A DNA stretch of 63,399 bases, counting the filler, from Psammoneis japonica (Eukaryota): the NCBI GenBank assembly GCA_008632985.1. It is 4 parts of 4 records of this genome, joined end to end, with 100 filler letters (N's around TTAATTAATTAA, not from the genome) between each part and the next. Parts side by side here need not be neighbours in the genome. Positions count along the whole stretch, not along the records: positions 1 to 27,111 come from QPGO01000362.1; 3 more parts are not named here. One strand, given 5' to 3'. A model generated the notes under the pieces. The model searched no databases and was not told where the DNA came from. It saw only the letters and a program-made list of their open reading frames with translations. Of the stretch, positions 11,038 through 23,760 are shown one piece after another. Within the stretch, counting starts at the first letter, position 1; each line of letters begins with the position of its first letter. Made by a program: the position numbers and the translations under genes.

Positions 11038-11739
11038 TGTTGCGCTTATTGAGCATTTTGTAATCGGGCTTCAGCATCCCTGTCAAGTTCTGCGTTCTTT
11101 CGTCTTTTCGAACACATCTATGGCACATATTGTTGGACATGATGATCGATGACAAGAGCTTTATTGACGTAAAAGTACACGAAACAATTGAATAACGTAG
11201 ATTGCACTCTATATTTTAAACAACGCCAACATGCGAGTCGCTCCGTTCATGATGTAAGCTCTTGCTTCCGCGTACGAACAATGCTGCGAAGTTTCGATTC
11301 AGTCTCAATCGGAACGAAGCTACCGTCGAGAAAAACCAACACCGCTTTCTCAGTCACAAGTGCAAGAATAATCCCCCCCCTTGCAACGTCATTACGCACC
11401 CTCGCAAGCAAAGAAGCAATCACTTTGAGCCAACCGTCGCCGGCCCAAACAAAACCACCAATTCTAGAGAAAACCGCTTTTGTGCGACAAGATAATATAC
11501 TTAGAGCTCGTCTTTGTCAGCCTTGGCCAAAGTGGACTTGACGGACTTCATCAATCGGAGTCCAGCGGCCTTGACAGCCTCCATCTTGGCCTCCTTGTCG
11601 GCATGCTTGTACCAGGCAAACACGTACAGGACTCCTATGAACAACTACTCGAGGAGGAAAAGAGTTACTCGTAGGCGCTGTTGAGCGGGAAGATGACCAG
11701 CCACAGGACGAGCAAGAAGCGTCCGTAAAAGAAGAGATT

Positions 11740-12592
11740 GACAGGGAAAGATGTCGGCTGGTCCTCCGGCGAATGAGACGCCTCGTTTGTTTTGCAGCGA
11801 TTGGACGATTTCTCTCGGGATACAATGTAAGTGAAGTCCGCATATAGCGCCGAAAGATATGTGGTCTCTCGTGACTGACTTGTTCTCCTACAGACTGGGG
11901 TCATATCAGGGGCACCGCTGCCTCTAAAGCGAGTCTTTCAGCTATCCCCTATAGGAGAGGAAGTGATTGTATTTGCCACGATATTCTTTGCTTTTACAGC
12001 TTCGGCTCTTGAAGAAAAGAACGAGTTTGTAGGCCGACGCTTCACCATCATGACTGCTGCTGCTGTTTTCACCCTGGAAGCTCTTGTTATCTTGTCAACG
12101 CAGAACTACACAATGGTCGTCATGGGAGAAGCTCTTCTCGGTATCGGAATTTGAGTCGAATCTCTTACTTCTTCTCCTTTGTATAATTGCAGAGCTGTCC
12201 AAACCGTCTCTTCGCGGCATGATATTTTCGGTCTACGATTTCGTAGTATGCTTTGGTCATTTTTCGGTAAGTATATGACGACACGGCGAGCTCAAAGCTC
12301 TATGGGCCCCACTTTTTCTCTAATTCTATATTCTGACGCTTTTGTAGCTGGAATTTTTGACGGTATTGCTGGCTCCTTCGATGGAGGCTGGCTCTGTATG
12401 TTTGGCTTCGCAGTCATCCCGGGGTCAATCATGTTCATCGGATTCGCTGGTCCACCAGAGTCTCCGGCATGGCTGTTGCACGCGGGTCGAGAAACTGAGG
12501 CAAAAAAGTTTTTTTTCTTGGGGACGCGAAACCCATATAGGTGCCTTACTCAAGTCATTCTCCCTGAACAAGACTCGGCCAAAGCCAATTGA
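11740..12592 (+). pseudogene. MFS sugar porter (myo-inositol transporter-like) pseudogene, N-terminal half
   Basis: Motifs FAAIG.FLSGY/TGVISGA, GRRFTI, IAELSKPSLRG, GW..MFG, PESPAWL; two gtaagt...ag introns (~11827 and ~12267); internal stop and frameshifts. Confidence 0.75.
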
Positions 12593-12976
12593 ATAGCCAC
12601 AGTTATGAGGTCAAAGATGCGCAAATGTAACATCGCGTTCATGCATGCAATCCAATCTGCGGCTGGGAACTTAAGCTGGTCAACAAGACGACTCACGCTC
12701 CGAAGTACCTGATAGGAGGCACCGTACTCATACCCGAGCCGTTTTCGATCCGGATGAAAGTTCTGGCCTTCAACAAAGATTGCAGCTTGTTCTTGGGAAG
12801 GAACATTGGAAAGGCTTGCCGTCGATGCGGCCGGCTACACTCGAGCATTCGCGTGCCGTATTTTTCCATCTTCATCCCACAGTTCGCAGGTGGTGCCAGC
12901 CTTGCAAAGTCGCAAAGTCACAGCCTCAGCGAACGGAGCTATCACAAGTGCTGTGTGGATCCGGAAGTATAGAATC

Positions 12977-14981
12977 TCAACATCTTGCATTAGATGCCGT
13001 AGACCATAGTGCGTGAATGTAGCCTGATGCTGGAAACAAGTTCTGTCCCCGCATAATGTGGTGGCGTAGTGAACTCCGGGGTTGCCGCGACAAGTCGTAG
13101 ACGATCTTTGGCGTTTCCGTAGCATGGAATAGTTCGAACTCTTCCCAGGAAGGGACACGGAAGTTCACGCGTGGATCAAATAGGTTCGGATATCGCTCGG
13201 TGAAGTGGGGACGCCCTGCGCTTAGCGTTACCTCGGAACCTGCTGCACGCAACTCCCCCAACGTCTGTAGGGTTTTTAACGGGTCGTCAAGCACAGCGGG
13301 CTCCCCACGCACAATGAGTCCAATTCTCCCCAAATCCTTCCGTGTCCGTTTGATCTGGCTCAACATCCCACTGGCAGGACCGATCTCAACAACAGTAGAA
13401 TTTTTTGGCAGCGAATCGATGACCTCGTTGAAGTACACCGGCTGGCAAATGTTTTCGACCAGGTATTGAGACGAGAAGACGGTTTGGCGACACGTCGATT
13501 TCCAAGACGACGGAAGCGGCTTCGTAGTCACTTCTCCAAACTCGTTTGTCAGCCATTGCTTGAACACTTTCAGGTAGATGCCGTGGTATGCAATGCTATA
13601 AGTGGGTAATTTTCGGATGAATATGTTCTCGTCCTTCTTCTTCAAATAGTCGATTAGTTTCTGCACCTCCGATGCCGGTCCGCTGACCGTTTGACCGTTT
13701 GGAGCATTGAAGCAAGCAATGCGTGTCTGTAGAAGCCCGAGATCAGCAATAATTCCTGAGATCCGGTCAGCAGAATCTCCGACAACAATCATTAACCCAT
13801 TCATAGAAAAAGACCAATAGCATCAGGGTTGGGCGGTGCGTCCACCGGCGTTCGCTTGACAAAAAGTCTACCGGGAAACGAGAAGGGATGTGTCGCTGAA
13901 ATGTCACTTTTGATCTCACGACCTCCCCCATCCATTGTTTCCATCTCGTAGTCGTGCCCACCTCTTGGCGGGCAATCAAAAACATCCAGCCGAGAACCGG
14001 AGCTAACCTGGGAGACAACCAATTTAGTCCGGACAGCTGCGAAACCCAACACCTCTTCCTCTGTAGCGCATCCTGGAGAACAGAACACGCTAGCTCCCCT
14101 ACCCAATGACCAAGAAATAAGTCAGGGTGAACTCCAGCATCGCGGAGAATCGCCAAGAGGCCAAGCTGAAAACTGACAATTCCAATGGTGCAATTAACTT
14201 CCGTCATCCATTGCGTACCGTCTTCGTAAAGGCGGGTGAGTGGAAGGAAGCGGCTTCGTGGTCGCTTCTCCAAACTCGTTTGTCAGCCATTGCTTGAACA
14301 CTTTCAGGTAGATGCTGTGGTATGCAATGCTATCAGTAGGTAATTTTTGGATGAATATGTTCTCGCCCTTCTACTTCAAATAGCCGATTAGTTTCTGCAC
14401 CTCCGATGCCGGTCCGCTGACCGCTTGACCGTTTAGAGCATTGAAGCAAGCAATGCGTGTCTGTAGAAGCCCGAGAGCAGTAATAGCGCCCGAGGCCCGT
14501 TCAGTAGAATCTCTGAAAACAATCATTATCCCATTCATTGAAAAAGACCCAATAGCATCAGGGTTGGGCGGTGCGCCCCGGGCGTTCGATTGACAAAAAG
14601 TCTACCGGGACCGGGGCACGAGAAGGGATCTGTCGCTGAAATGTCACTTTTGATCTCATGGCCTCCCCCGTCCATTGTTTCCATCTCGTAGTCGTGCCCG
14701 CCTCTTGGCTGACAATCAAAAACATCCAGCCGAGAACCGGAGCTGATCTGGGAGACAACCAATTTAGTCCGGACAGCAGCGAAACCCAACACCTCTTCCT
14801 CTGTAGCGCATCCCGCGAGAACAGAACACGCTAGCTCCCCTACCCAATGACCAAGGCATAATTCAGGGTGAACTCCAGCATCGCGGAGAATCGCCAAGAG
14901 GCCAAGCTGAAAACTGACAATTCCAATGGCTCAATTAACTTTCGTCATCCGTTGCGTACCGTCTTTGCAAAGGCGGGTGAG
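12977..14981 (-). pseudogene. Type I FAS/PKS fragment: acyltransferase (partly duplicated) and start of dehydratase
   Basis: FQLGLLAILRDAGVHPD.FLGHWVGELAC (GHSxG with Ser>Trp), TVSGP, IAYHG, YLVENICQPVYF, VVEIGP; DH motif LRHHIMRGQNLFPASGY; frameshifts; no KS domain seen. Confidence 0.8.
13512..14981. repeat. Tandem duplication of ~730 bp (13512-14240 and 14246-14981)
   Basis: Both copies run from ggaagcggcttcgt to aaggcgggtgag with scattered substitutions and indels. Confidence 0.9.
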
Positions 14982-15195
14982 CAGATACCAGTTTTGTCTT
15001 CTCAAACAGAGCTGGAAGAAGAAACTGGAAAGGGGGGTATGAAGAGAAGAAGGACGAGGAGTCACACTCAGATAATTCGAGTCCCAATCCGTGCAAATAT
15101 AATCTACGGTACCCCTTCTCGTTCACAGCGAACACTTTCTGCTTTGTTTTAAAGGTTTCAAAGAGTTTTTCCAGTAGCTATTTTGAGTGCCATCA

Positions 15196-16476
15196 TTATA
15201 CAAGGTCTAGGAGCATTGTTTCACTCGAGACAAATTCAGCCGGCGGTGTTTGATGAAACAGACGCACGGCATCTTTGACTTTGAAGACTGAATTCTCTTC
15301 CTGTAGACAGCTTGCTGAACCACACGCCAATCCAAAAGTAAAACCGGATACCATGTGACGAACGCTTGGAGAAGAAATATCCGACTCGGGTACCACGCCC
15401 TTTTCAAGCGTCTCCCGCACCTTTTCCTCGACGCACGCCTCCTTTTCGTCGTTGCTTAGTTCCTTGTAGAATTTCCAAGCTGCAAGTGTACCTGCAGCGA
15501 CAGTATCACCAGCTCCAATGGGATACAAAAGGTTACCATCGCCTTGTCCTTTCAAGTCTGAAATGGAGATTCTATAAATTCCCATATGTAATTTGTCTGA
15601 CGCTTCTTGTTCCAAGGTGACGAAATGAGCTGGGTGCTTTCCGTCTGTAATGGCAAAGCCAGCAAGTGCTTCCGAAGCTCTCGGGAATTTCTTTAGAAAG
15701 CCCTTGGTAGCATCCACCAACTCGATCGAAGTCACACCATTGGCTTCACTGCTGCTCTTTTGGACTCCAGCAAGGCGGCAAAGTTCGGAAGCATTAACTT
15801 TTAAAATGGTAACGCATGGACTCTCCGCAATGGCATTCAGCAGCTGTTCAAGTCCGTTCACCGTGTCGATAACACACTGCAAGTCGTTGCTGGTTGATCC
15901 GCCCTGTTGTTGTACGCTTTTATATATTTGAGCATAGAGGTCGTCGGAACACCCCGGGGGCATACTTCCCATAAAGCAGAGTGCTTCAACTCCAGATTCA
16001 GCTTCGAGCTTGTTCAACAACTCTTCTATTTCATCACTGGTTGTTTCTCCGCTAGGCTCGACAAGCTCTGTCGAAGCATCTGTCGCCACCACGGTTGTGC
16101 AGGTTCTCATGTGGCTTGCAGTGCGAACCGTAAGGGACATTGCGTCTGCGCCCAAGCGATCCTGCAATAGCTCATGAACATTGTCTCCCTCGTAACCGCT
16201 CCCAACAAACTGAGCAACCTTGATTGGATTGCGATAGTGCAGGCAAGACAATGCGATTGCTACATCCTGGCCCTTCCCACCAACACCCACTTGAATGGAG
16301 GACGCTCGATGGACATCTCCAGGGACAAGAAGAGTTTCTTGTGGCAATACAAATCGTTTTTGCAGCGCTCCATTCAATCCAACAATCACTGTAGACGATG
16401 AACCAGTTTTAACCTTACTGGATGACGACAACGACATGGCGGAGGTGATCCAGAAGGTCAGCAGGAACAATCGCAT
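15196..16476 (-). CDS. PfkB/ribokinase-family sugar kinase (1-phosphofructokinase/tagatose-6-phosphate kinase-like) with a signal-peptide-like N-terminus
   Basis: Intact 426-aa ORF; GGKGQDVA, RTCTT, GSMPPG, LKVNASE and PIGAGD signatures. Confidence 0.9.
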   Translation of the reverse strand: MRLFLLTFWITSAMSLSSSSKVKTGSSSTVIVGLNGALQKRFVLPQETLLVPGDVHRASSIQVGVGGKGQDVAIALSCLHYRNPIKVAQFVGSGYEGDNVHELLQDRLGADAMSLTVRTASHMRTCTTVVATDASTELVEPSGETTSDEIEELLNKLEAESGVEALCFMGSMPPGCSDDLYAQIYKSVQQQGGSTSNDLQCVIDTVNGLEQLLNAIAESPCVTILKVNASELCRLAGVQKSSSEANGVTSIELVDATKGFLKKFPRASEALAGFAITDGKHPAHFVTLEQEASDKLHMGIYRISISDLKGQGDGNLLYPIGAGDTVAAGTLAAWKFYKELSNDEKEACVEEKVRETLEKGVVPESDISSPSVRHMVSGFTFGLACGSASCLQEENSVFKVKDAVRLFHQTPPAEFVSSETMLLDLV

Positions 16477-16786
16477 CAGATTTGTTGCTTGAGACTACAG
16501 CACTAGCTAGTTGAGTGGTAAATCCACAGGTTGACTGAAAAATGCATCGTCATGGTGAGCAATGGGCAAGGGGGGTCGGCAACTCGGCAAAACATCAACG
16601 GGATAATATTCTTAATTAATACAGCTACGAAGCAATTTCAATATACTAGATTCTGACGTCATCCTCATTTTTCTCCCCCCTTCCAATCCGCGTCCATCAC
16701 CATCAACGCACGACAAGCGGCGGTGGGTGGAAACAGTGCGATCGAACGATGACGGGCCTAAACCCGTGCTCGTGTTTCATAATAAG

Positions 16787-16885
16787 AGTACTCTACTAGC
16801 TCGAGTAGTAGCTACTCTAGTAGCTAGCTCCTAGCTAGCTAGTAGCTACTCTAGTAGTTCCTAGCTACCAGTAGTAGATACCATA
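16787..16885. repeat. TAG/CTA-rich simple sequence tract
   Basis: ctctactagctcgagtagtagctactctagtagctagctcctagctagctagtagc... in intergenic DNA. Confidence 0.8.
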
Positions 16886-16972
16886 CTGCAGTATCGAGTC
16901 AATGTAGGCGAGAAAACTAAGATCCAACACAACTTTTGGCAGTACCGGTATTTGTGTGCTTGATAGACGAAA

Positions 16973-19900
16973 TTAGTTGGTGTTAATCCAAGACAACCAT
17001 TGTGCCGTATCAGGATGTGGCTTGTCGTTCTCGGGCCCCGAGGACAGACCTGAACCCGAAGAGTTCAAATCAAGCGAACGGTCATCCACATCCGAAAGAG
17101 CAGATTCGTCAATTTCCGAAATATCGTCATTACCGTTCTCCTTTGTGGCATCAATTTTATCAGAGTCGGGTGAAGGTGGTGTGCCATCGCCGTTCGACAG
17201 GGACAAGTTCATTCCAACCAATGATTGCGATTTGTAGAGTTCCATTTCTTCCGAGTATCGAGCTTGGTCTGCTGCAGCAATTCTTCATAAAATTCCGTTT
17301 CCCCGTCATCTTGTGCTTTCTCCCACATGCGCAACAGGACGACAGTTGTAACATTTTTGAGATCTTCGTCCTTCACCTTGCCGGAAGCTTTCATTGCCTT
17401 GCTGACTTCACGCCTCTTTTCTGAACAAAAGAAAGCGTATGCTGACTTGGCGGCTTCTGGTGGTTTCTGGACGGCTCGCTTGCTGCTATCACTTTGAATT
17501 TGAAGCAGCCTCCAGGCGTCTTCCACGGGCATGTCCTCTGGCTTGTCTTGATATTCGTCAGGAAGCTTTACGGTTTTCTTTCTCCAACACAGATATTTTA
17601 CAGCAAACTTCCCGCTCCTAACAAGAATCGCGTAGCCATTTCTCATTCCCAGCTCTGGAAAATCTCCTGCCGTGTTCTGTTCATAGACAGAAACGGATCG
17701 AGTGTCAACCTATTGCGTTCATCGCCAAAAAACAAAGGTGGCGAACTTACCAGAATCTGCATTGATGATTCTCTCGGTTACAATCCTCTCGGCGGTCTCT
17801 GGATCAATTGTTTGAGCATCGCCATCCTCTTTGTCAAGGCGAACATAAATGTGATCGTAGAGCAAGTAAGGCCCATACGGACCGATGCCCGCAACGACTT
17901 TCATCTTGTTAACTCTACATACGGTTCGAGGTAGGTTAACGTACCCTACTGCATCGTCCAGCGTGAGGCCAATAGCTTGGCAAAACGTAGACTCCGAATC
18001 ACGGTCTTGCTCCACCTTCATTTCACTGTTGCGATCCAATTCTCCAAAGTGAGTCGGTAACGAATGAGTTGTAGTTTTCTTCTCGCCAGTCTTTCCCCAT
18101 TGAAGATAAACGCCAAACATGCCCACTTTGAAACGGATCTCTCTTCCATCCTTTGGGTGATTCCCAACTAGCACTCCCTCTTCTTCTCGGGCTGCAATAA
18201 GTGCGCGCAACGCTATTGTGTCGACGGTCGAAATATCGGCCGCCATACTGGGAGGTATGACGACTGTAGGTTTCCTAGACTTGGACACACCGGGTTGGGA
18301 CATCTTTTGTGCGTACGACCTGAAGGTCCAACAAACAAGCCAATTTTGTCTTCTTCCACATCATTGTTCAGGAAGCATTCTGGCAGCGTAGCCATGCGAG
18401 CATCGTCTGGGTTGACTTCTTCCTCGATTCTTGCCACTTGTGCCGCGAACCCATCCTCTCCGGCGTAGAAGGAGTCGAGGAAAGAACACGCCATCCTGTG
18501 TCACTACCTGTTCCACTTGCAACTTCATCAAGCCTTCGATGCATTCCTGCGTTACTTCAGGGCTGAGGTATGTGGCGTAGTGTCTCTCCAACATTGAGCA
18601 AAGTACAAAGGCTGGTAGAGAAGGGACCAAGTCATCACAGGAGTCTTGACCTAAAAGGAAAAAAAAAACGGAAGCAACCAGATCAGTCCAAGAGTATTCA
18701 AAAAGAGCGACTCAACAAGAACAGGTGATTACCAACCTTTTTCGGTATCTCTGACTGTACCCGGATTATCTTTCTCCGGTTTGGTTGTTCGTTACCTTCT
18801 TGCTCGTTCTTTCCGATGCTTTGGAGTTTCCTACGAATCCCTGAAGGCGAAGATTCTGAATGATGCGTGTATATGCACGAGGACGACAGCCTAGTTTGTC
18901 GTGGAGCTCACAGACAAAGGCTGCCTCAGTGAATCGAGATGGAGGCTGTGTCGTGTGGCACACCGTGTGCATATCTGAACACTCAAGGGCTTGGCCGGTA
19001 ACAAGAGTAGGCAGAATTGAATCTGATTCCATCCTCGCCCAAGCTAAAGTGTAACCAGGCTGCAAAATTGAGCTTCCTTTTGTAAGAAACAAGCCTACAA
19101 CATCATCTTTTGAGGACTTGCCCGTGATCTCTACAGATGTCTCACTGATCACCGCCAGAGGCATACGTGACGCCAGAGTTCGGAGATAGATAAGTTCGTA
19201 CAGCTTCATGGCCGGTGCAGAATCGAAAACGGAAAGCTGTTCGGGTCGCAAGAACCCACCATCTGGCTGGACGGCCGGTCGAATGGCTTCTTGTACGTCT
19301 TTCGCAATTTTCGGTTTTATGTCACACCCTTTGCGAGGAGGTGATACCATGTTTGGTCCGTACTTCTCGGCTACAAGCGTTTGTATGGCAGAATGAGCCT
19401 CTTCACTCATTAGCGTGCTGTCGGTGTACACGAAAGAGATACAGCCTGCTTCATAGAGCATCTCTGCTGTTTCCATGGTTTCATGTATGGACATACCCAG
19501 CCGTTCGTAGGACTGCTGCAGAAGTGTCACTGTCGTAAAGGGCTTGGGCGGGGCAATCTTCTTATCCTTCTGTTGCACGGAGGTGACGGCCCAACATGAA
19601 ATGATTCTTAAAGCACAACAATATATCAGAACGACAAAAACAAGTGAGACTTGAGGTAGGCGATACGGGACGTTTGCGACACACAAGGCAAGGGTCACTC
19701 ACGGATCTCGAAGGATTGGAGAACCGTCACCAATTCCAAATGTAGCAAGAAGCTCGTCCGCACGATCTGACGTTAGCTGTTGTCGTTCGGTGTCTATCGC
19801 TGACCCATTGCTATCAGTCTCAGTTGCAAATTTCTCGTCATTAAACGCAACCATGATTGCTTCCACGTCACGATCTTGTCCGAACGATGCCTTCACGATC

Positions 19901-20530
19901 CAGAACTTGGCAGTCTTGTAGGCCAGCGTTCTCGTTCTCGTCGTACAAGGAACTCCATGGCAACAGTCTCCAGCTGTCCGGTCGATATTCCTGGAGCGAT
20001 CTTTTCCTCGATAAGTGGTGTCATTGTTGATTCTACCAATCGGTTGTAGATTTTCTGCGCTATGTCAACATGGGCCAGATTTCGGTCCACTTCGCGTGGG
20101 TTTTCAATGGCCTCGCGAATGGCATCTGGTGTGATTTCAACCAGGATGACTCTTTCATGTGGAGTGGCTGACGGAAGAAGGTGAGATAAATGCCAAGCCA
20201 GCGTCTCGCCCTCGCGATCGGTATTTGTTGCTAATAGCACTTTTTGCGCATCGCGAGCTAGTGATCGTAGCTCTTTCAAGACTGGTTTCTTTCCCGGAAG
20301 TATTTCGTATGCTGGTTTGTACTCATTCTGGACATCTACACCCACAATCGGCTGCTCTTCGGTCTTATTGTGCGACTCGTAAGCAAGATCCCTCACATCT
20401 CCATTTGTTGCCTTCACAACGTAATCGTGGCCAAGATCTTTTCCTTCGACGTATTCTTCAAGAAAGTCGAATACGAGTTCAGCCTTTTCATCCGATTCAA
20501 CAACAACCAAATGATACGGTCGTCCGCCTG
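16973..20530 (-). pseudogene. topA: Degenerate bacterial-type (type IA) DNA topoisomerase I with C-terminal repeats and HMG box
   Basis: TOPRIM motifs LVVVES and ATNTDREGETLAWHL; PPKPFTT.TL.Q; LYEAGCISFVYTDS in place of LYE.G.ITY.RTDS; EAIRP; HTTQPPSRFTEA; GPYGPY repeat; KSAYAFFCSEKR HMG box. Intron at ~19607-19702 and several frameshifts (e.g. ~19925). Confidence 0.8.
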
Positions 20531-22327
20531 TGGGAATGATACCACGTTCCTCGTCATTTTCCTCCTTGCTCTTGACCAGCACACAACATGACCCGCATTT
20601 TAAGCCTGCGTCATCGTCTTCAATCCGTACAGTGATTAGTGCGGCCGTTAAACTACTCAGCGTCCCGGCTAGAAAACACGCCGCCAGCGCAGCTACAGCA
20701 TCATTACCAGCAAACTCTCCTTGATCTTCACCGACGTAAGTGTACAGCAAACCACTCCCAAGAGTACCAAACAGGCGCCCCAGGGCGTTGCTCATGTAGT
20801 AGAACCCCACGCTCACTGCAATTTTATCTGTACTGGCATACTTGACCACCAGATAGGAGTGAATGGAAGAATTTACGGCAAAAATAATGGCAAAGATCAC
20901 AATCCCAGTCACCATCCAAGCAATCATACCACCTCGATCGTAGTCTTCAAAAGTCGACGAGAAGGCCAACACAAGCGTCATTATCAATGTGGGAATACAG
21001 TTTATGACACCCCAGAGGACCTCCGTCCACTTATTTGGCGGTCTTTTGGCAAGTCCCAAAAACAGATTAAAGATGAGGAGATGTAATGCAAGTGGCATTC
21101 AAGACAAGCAATCGCACATCATCTTTTCTCTCAACAGCACACTCACGTTTGGTCAAGTGGACCAGTAACCAGCTGTGGCGTCCAACTTTGAACCTGACCA
21201 TAAAGAATGATGTATCCTCCAAGAAAGGCTCCAACTACCACTCGATCCAAACCAACACCACCACATCCTCCACCCGTATTGATATTTTGACAAACCATAA
21301 ATTCGTTATTGCATTCCGCACCGGGATTGCAATCACTATTCACGTCACAAGTGTCCGTTCCCAATCCTTCACACGAGGGACTTCGTAAAAAGAAGGGAAG
21401 TGGCACTTCAAACCAAAAGTCTCGAGACGCAAACAGAAACAAACGCGCCAAGCTCAAAATGTTCAAATTCCGATTGTTCAGGTTGAAAATGTCGGTCCAA
21501 GATGCATTCTTTTTCTTTGCCGTGCCCAAATTCTTATCCAATCCAATAATGGCCCACGGCATGGCAAGCGCTACTAATCCCATCATGACGGACAGGGCTA
21601 AATAATAGGAAACCTGCAATAGCGCAGAGCCGAGAAAGTAACCAACGCCTTTTAGTGAATTCTTCCAACCGGTAATCAGCGATACGAGCTTGAAGAGTTT
21701 GGTATCTTGCTCTTCGGGTGTGACCAGCTTTGTGACTGTCTTGCCTCCCAATTTTGTTAAATCTTTTGCAATGCCTGCAAACATTTGAGCAATTGTAACG
21801 TAAACGATCGAGGTGCCCTTTGACCAGTCTTCTTGCCATCCAAACAGCAGTCTGCAAAACATCACAAAGTTAGAACGGGTTGAAACCATGAAAACGACTC
21901 GCACTTGTCGTTCGACTTACCCATAGGCAAGCAATTGCAGTGACAGTCCCATGACAAGCGTGACTTTGATACCCCATTTTGCACCCATGACACCGGCAGC
22001 AAGATTGGTAAACACGCCAGCCAACTCGTACAGCGTAAACATGATTGCCACCTCAAAAGCGGAAAAGTTGTTGTTGTACGCATGCAACAGGACAATCATT
22101 CGAATCGCACCATCGGTAACCGTAAAGAGCAAATAGGATGTTGAGATAATCACAAAGGGTCTCAACGCTTCCGAACGAGCCGCATCCATAAAGCTCTGCT
22201 GCACCTCTACTGGTGCCGGGGCCACTTTGTCGTCCGTGATGCTGATTTCATCCTCTTCGTCAATGGGCTGCTCTTCTTCCTTGGATTCTTCTACTTGCTC
22301 ACGTCCCTTTTCAGTTACAGTTTCCAT
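20531..22327 (-). CDS. arsJ: ArsJ-like organoarsenical efflux MFS transporter (3 exons), continuous in frame with the TOPRIM domain
   Basis: FTVTDGAIRM, YELAGVFTNL, GIAKDLTK, TGWKNSLKGVGYFLG, ARLFLFASRDFWF and FAVNSSIHSYL..VGFYYMSNALGRL match ArsJ family motifs. Frame-preserving GT-AG introns at 21852-21920 and 21043-21146. Confidence 0.85.
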
Positions 22328-22613
22328 ATTATCTTCGCTTTGCAAAATGCTTTAGCCGTTTACTCGTCACTTGCTGTTGGACTTTTTGGAAGTGCAACAA
22401 GCAAGAGAGAGTGAATAAATTGGTGATCCTTCGTGAAGCTGACGCCGCATTGCCTGCACGAATCTAACGAATCTGGCCAAAAACGGTTCCGAATTTCGGC
22501 CATCATTATATTTGTATACAATTTTTAATGGTATTAATTACATAAACTATGATAGTAAAACCGGTAAAACGTCCGTTGAAAAGTGGCGGGGAACACAGGG
22601 CCTCTCATCCTAA

Positions 22614-23749
22614 TGGGGCAACGTACTTTCAAAAATCCGGTTCCCAGTGGAATTCTACTTACGTAGAACTAGTACCAGCATCTACGAGCAGAACACAACA
22701 ACATTACACTCATCACGACTACAACACGGATGTCTATCATGTCGGGTATGTCGACGTTAAGGGTGGTCGGTTGCTACTTTTTTTAGCTCGAATTCGGCCG
22801 AATAGCTCGTGTTTTGCATGATTTTTCCTGAATTTCACCGTGCTTCACCGTGGTGAAAACAACAAGCCATAAGTCTGTGACGGAGGTGGTCCGTCTACCA
22901 ACTCTCATTTATTTTATGTTTGTTATGTAACAAAGATTGTATATACATGAAAAAGTTGGTAGACGGCAAACTACGTTTTTGAGAAATATCGATGATTGTC
23001 ATCATCGTCGTGCTTCGGTCGCGGTGCTGATGGTTCTCGTTTTCGTGCGCGATCGGGTGTGACTATGAATAATTCTTGTATTCAAAAATAAACACTATAA
23101 AAAACCTTATTCAAATGCAACGGTAATTTTAGGATAAACGCGGGGATGACCCCCCTTAACGCTCTTCTTGCATATAAAAAACACATCATGCGAATTCGAT
23201 GGGATACAGGATCTTTGCAAAATCAGGGCAAAAATTGTTCCTTCGTGCTTCACCGTGCTAAAAACCCTGTGATAATCCTCCATAATGAGTGAAAATCCAA
23301 CTTTTCGTCAAAATCTCTTGTCGCGTGCTCATTCAGTGCTTCATCGATGCAAACAAACGAGAAAACTCCAAATACACTCCACAAAAAGTGAAAATCAACA
23401 GTCCCACCGCGGCCGAAAACTCTACGTGCTTTCAGTACCAAGTTGTACGTGTCAAAAATCAGTTGTCACCAATCGCTCAATCAGCTCCCAAAATAACTCG
23501 ATCATTGTCATCCAACATTTTTACTACACTTATTATCATATAAGTTGTCGTCTCGGTGCACCAGAACCCCCCAGTTAGCTGTTGTTGTCGCGTGCGGCCA
23601 TCGCCGATGTCGCGGCGTCGTTGCCGTGATGTTTGTGTGTGTCGGAGTGAATTCAAATCGATCACTGCGAATTTCGCAGTACATTCTACATACGTAAATT
23701 TTGTGTAGATTAGTACGGGAACCGGATTTTTGAAAAGTACGTTGCCCCA
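22614..23749. mobile_element. Non-autonomous PIF/Harbinger-like element (MITE)
   Basis: ~32-bp TIRs (tggggcaacgtactttcaaaaatccggttccc and its reverse complement at 23717-23749) flanked by TAA on both sides; no transposase. Confidence 0.8.
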
Positions 23750-23760
23750 TAAGCCATGTG

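Noticed and set aside
9568..22327. Alternative genetic code or Tyr avoidance by the organism
   Set aside because: Genes in the island use TAY codons and TAA stops normally.
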